Origin: Squalus acanthias
Lineage: Eukaryota
Reading direction: 5' to 3'
DNA: 64,000 nucleotides
Assembly: GCA_030390025.1 (NCBI GenBank)
Contig: CM059431.1
Coordinates: 94,862,001-94,926,000, forward strand
Numbering within the stretch: the stretch's first letter is position 1; each line of letters starts with the position of its first letter. Below, one piece after another: positions 60,953 to 64,000 of this stretch. Below the pieces are notes generated by a model, which made no database searches, was not told the DNA's origin, and saw only the letters and a program-made list of their open reading frames with translations. The translations under genes and the position numbers were made by a program.

Positions 60953-61624
60953 ATTATTTCCTGTTAAATTAAGGATTGCCGATAGATTCAATTATTTTGA
61001 GGAGATGTTGTAAGTAGAAGATATATCTTGGATTGTTCTTACTGAGAAAATACTGCAGTTGAAATATTCACTGTTTGGGTGGTTTGTAGCTTTAATTCTA
61101 ATTAGTTGCTCTTTAAGTGCTGCATGAGCATTTTGTGATTAGTGGATTGTTCTTTGTAGTTAAAATAAACTTTATGCAACAGTATCTGATGAGCCTGTGG
61201 CAACCACTTTGATTCTGTATTTAATGTAACCCGATTTGCAGGTCTGAATAGAATCTGGAGAGGGAAATAACATCAGGAGGAAGCAGGGGATAGGGATGGG
61301 TTGAGGCTGGGACCACAATCTTGGAGGGATTAGGCGATGGAGCCTGAGAAGGAGTAAGTGGAGGCTGGGGGTCAGGAGCTGGGAGGGAGTGGACAACCTG
61401 GGAGTAGGGCTGGCAGAGATGCCTGAATCGTGGGAGCATTTTGAAAGCAGGAAAGTCTGAGGAGCCAGAACAGGACATCAGCTGGAAGGAAAAGCAAAAG
61501 CTTTCATTTTGCTCTTATTTTTCATATTTGTGTGATGTTTATTAAAAGTAGTTCTCTGGGCTTTGAGTGTATCATACCCTATTGACAAGGGTAAGTCATT
61601 GATTAGGAGGTAGGAGGTATGAGC

Positions 61625-62960
61625 TCAAATTGGCAGGATGTGACTGGTGGTGTTAATTTTCTATTTGTTCCTGGGATCTGGGCATCTCTGGCAAGGCCAG
61701 CATTTATTGCCCATCTCTAATTGCCCTTGTGAAGGTGGCTGTGAGCCGCCTGCTTGAACCGCTGCAATCCGTGTGGTGAAGCTACTCCCACAGTGCTGTT
61801 AGGGAGGGAGTTCCAGGATTTTGACCCAGTGATGATGAAGGATTGGCAATATATTTCCAAGTCAGGATGGTGTGTGACTTGGAGGGGAACTTGCAGGTGA
61901 TGGTGTTCCCATGCACCTGCTGTCCTTGTCCTTCTAAGTGGTAGAGGTCGCGGGTTTGTGAGGTGCTGCCGAAGAAGCCTTGGCGAGTTGCTGCAGTGCA
62001 TCTTGTAGATGGTCATTGTGGAGCGAATGTTACCTGCCACTTATCAGCCCAAGCCTGGATGTTGTCCAGGTGTTGCTAAATGCAGCCATGGACTTCTTCA
62101 TTATTTGAGGAGTTACGAATGGAACTGAATACTGTGCAATCATCAGCGAACATCCCCACTTCTGACCTTATGATGGCGAGAAGATCATTGATGAAGCAAA
62201 TGAAGATGATTGGGTCCAGGACACTGCCCTGAGGAACTGCTGCAGTGATGTCCTGGGGCTGAGATGATTTGCCTCCAACAACTACAACCATCTTCCTTTG
62301 TGCTAGGTATAACTCCAGCCAGTGGAGAATTTTCCCCCTGATTTCCATTGACTTCAATTTTACCAGGGCTCCTTGATGCCACACTTGGTCAAATGCTCCC
62401 TTGATGTCAAGAGCAGTCACTCTCACCGCACCTGTTGTCCAGCAGGGATCTGTACTGGGCCTCAGCTTTTCACTATATTTATACATGACTTAGATGAAGG
62501 AATAGAGAGCCGTATTTACAAATTTGCTGATGACACCAAGGTAGGTGGCATAGTGAATAGTGTAGTTGGGAGCATAAAGTTGCAAAGGGACATTGATAGA
62601 TTAAGTGAGTGGACAAAACTGTGGCAGAAGGAGTTCAAGGTGGGAAAGCGTGAGGTCATCCACTTTGGACCTAAGAAATATAGGTCAGAGCATTTTCTAA
62701 ACAGTGAGGAGCGAGGAACAGTGGAGGAGCAGAGAGATTTAAGGGTCCAAGTAAAGAAATCACTAAAAGCTAGTGGACAGGTACGAAAAATAATTAAAAT
62801 GGCTAATGGAATGTTAGCCTTTATCTCAAGAGGGCTGGAAACAAAGAGGTGGAAGTAATGTTACATTTATATAAAGCCCTGCTTAGACCCCATTTAGAGT
62901 TACTGCATTCAGTTTTGGACACCACTCCTTAGGAAGGATATATTGGCCTTGAAGGGGTGA
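61625..62960 (+). mobile_element. CR1 RT fragment with a second-family LINE (61655-62428, minus) inserted
   Basis: GPQLFTIFIHDL...KFADDTK on plus; ALDIKGAFDQVWH and FADDCT on minus. Confidence 0.85.
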
Positions 62961-64000
62961 ACATAAGAACGTAAGAGTTAGGAGCAGGAGTAGGCCATAT
63001 GGCCCCTCGACCATGCTCCGCCATTCAATAAGATCATGGCTGATCTTCGACCTCAACTCCATATCCCTTGATTCCTCTCGAGTCCAAAAATCTATCTATC
63101 TCAGCCTTGAATATACTCAATGATGCAGCATCCACAGTCCTTTGGGGTAGAGAATTCCAAAGATTCACAACCCTCTGAGTGAAGAAATTCCTCCTCATCT
63201 CAATCTTAAATGGCCAATCCCTTATCCTGAGACTATGCGTCCTAGTCCTAGACTCTTCAGCCATGGGAAGCAACCTCTCAGCATCTACCCTGTCAATCTC
63301 CCTCAGAATCTTATGTGTTTCAATGAGATCACCTCTCATTCTTCTAAACTTCAGAGCGTATAGGCCCAATCTACTCAATCTCTCCTCATAGCACAACCCT
63401 CTCATCCCAGGGATCAATCTAATGAAATAAAAACAGAAAATGCTGGAAATACTCAGCAGATCAGGCAGCATCTATTGAGAGAGAAACAGAGTTAACGTTT
63501 CAGGTCAATGACCCTTCGTTCTGACAAAGGGTCACCGACCTGAAAGGTTAACTCTGTTTCTCTCTCTACAGATGCTATCTGATCTGCTGAGTATTTCCAG
63601 CATTTTCTGTTTTTATTTCATATTTCCAGCATCCGCAGTATTTTGCTTTTGTATCAATCTAATGAACCTTTGTTGCACCGCCTCCAAGGCAAGTATGTCC
63701 TTCCTCAGATAAGGAGACCAAAACTGTGCACATTATTCCAGGTGTGGTCTCATCAAAGCCCTGTACAATTGTAGTAAGACTTCCTTACTCTTTACTCCAA
63801 CCCCCTTGCAATAAAGGCCAACATGCCATTTGCCTTCCTAATTGCTTGCTAACTTTCTGTGTTTCTTGTATGAGGACAACTAAATCTCTCTGAACACCAA
63901 CATTTAATAGTTTCTCACCATTTAAAAAATATTCTGTTTTTCTATTCTTCCTATCAAAGTGAATAACCTTACATTTCCCCACATTATACTCCATCTGCCA
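62961..64000 (-). mobile_element. CR1 3' half
   Basis: ORFs 63034-63471 and 63785-63994; 3' UTR at 62961-63050. Confidence 0.9.
63427..63652. mobile_element. Fold-back element, probably Penelope-derived, with degenerate hammerhead motifs
   Basis: ~95-bp inverted arms centred near 63520; 14-bp TSD ATCAATCTAATGAA (63413-63426, 63653-63666). Confidence 0.75.

Overview
Eukaryotic, repeat-saturated DNA. It is most likely from a cartilaginous fish (inferred from Deu-domain SINEs and HER1/CR1-type LINE tails). I found no convincing host exon, rRNA, tRNA or CRISPR array. Content: many nested CR1-clade LINE fragments plus a second CR1/L2-group family; three two-gene PIF/Harbinger transposons (HARBI1-like DDE transposase convergent with a spliced Myb/SANT gene) and their non-autonomous derivatives; Penelope-like fragments with hammerhead ribozyme motifs; two solo LTRs; a hAT MITE; and 23-, 26- and 19-bp tandem arrays. 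The most striking structure is a clean reciprocal inversion of ~12.4 kb (47706-60096). Undoing it rebuilds one ~1.6-kb solo LTR with its ACAT target duplication, one CR1 and one in-phase satellite, and turns a ~3.8-kb inverted duplication (36893-44202 / 53597-57409) into a direct one. Most long ORFs in the track are repeat artefacts or TE remnants. Boundaries of decayed repeats are approximate and identity estimates are by eye.
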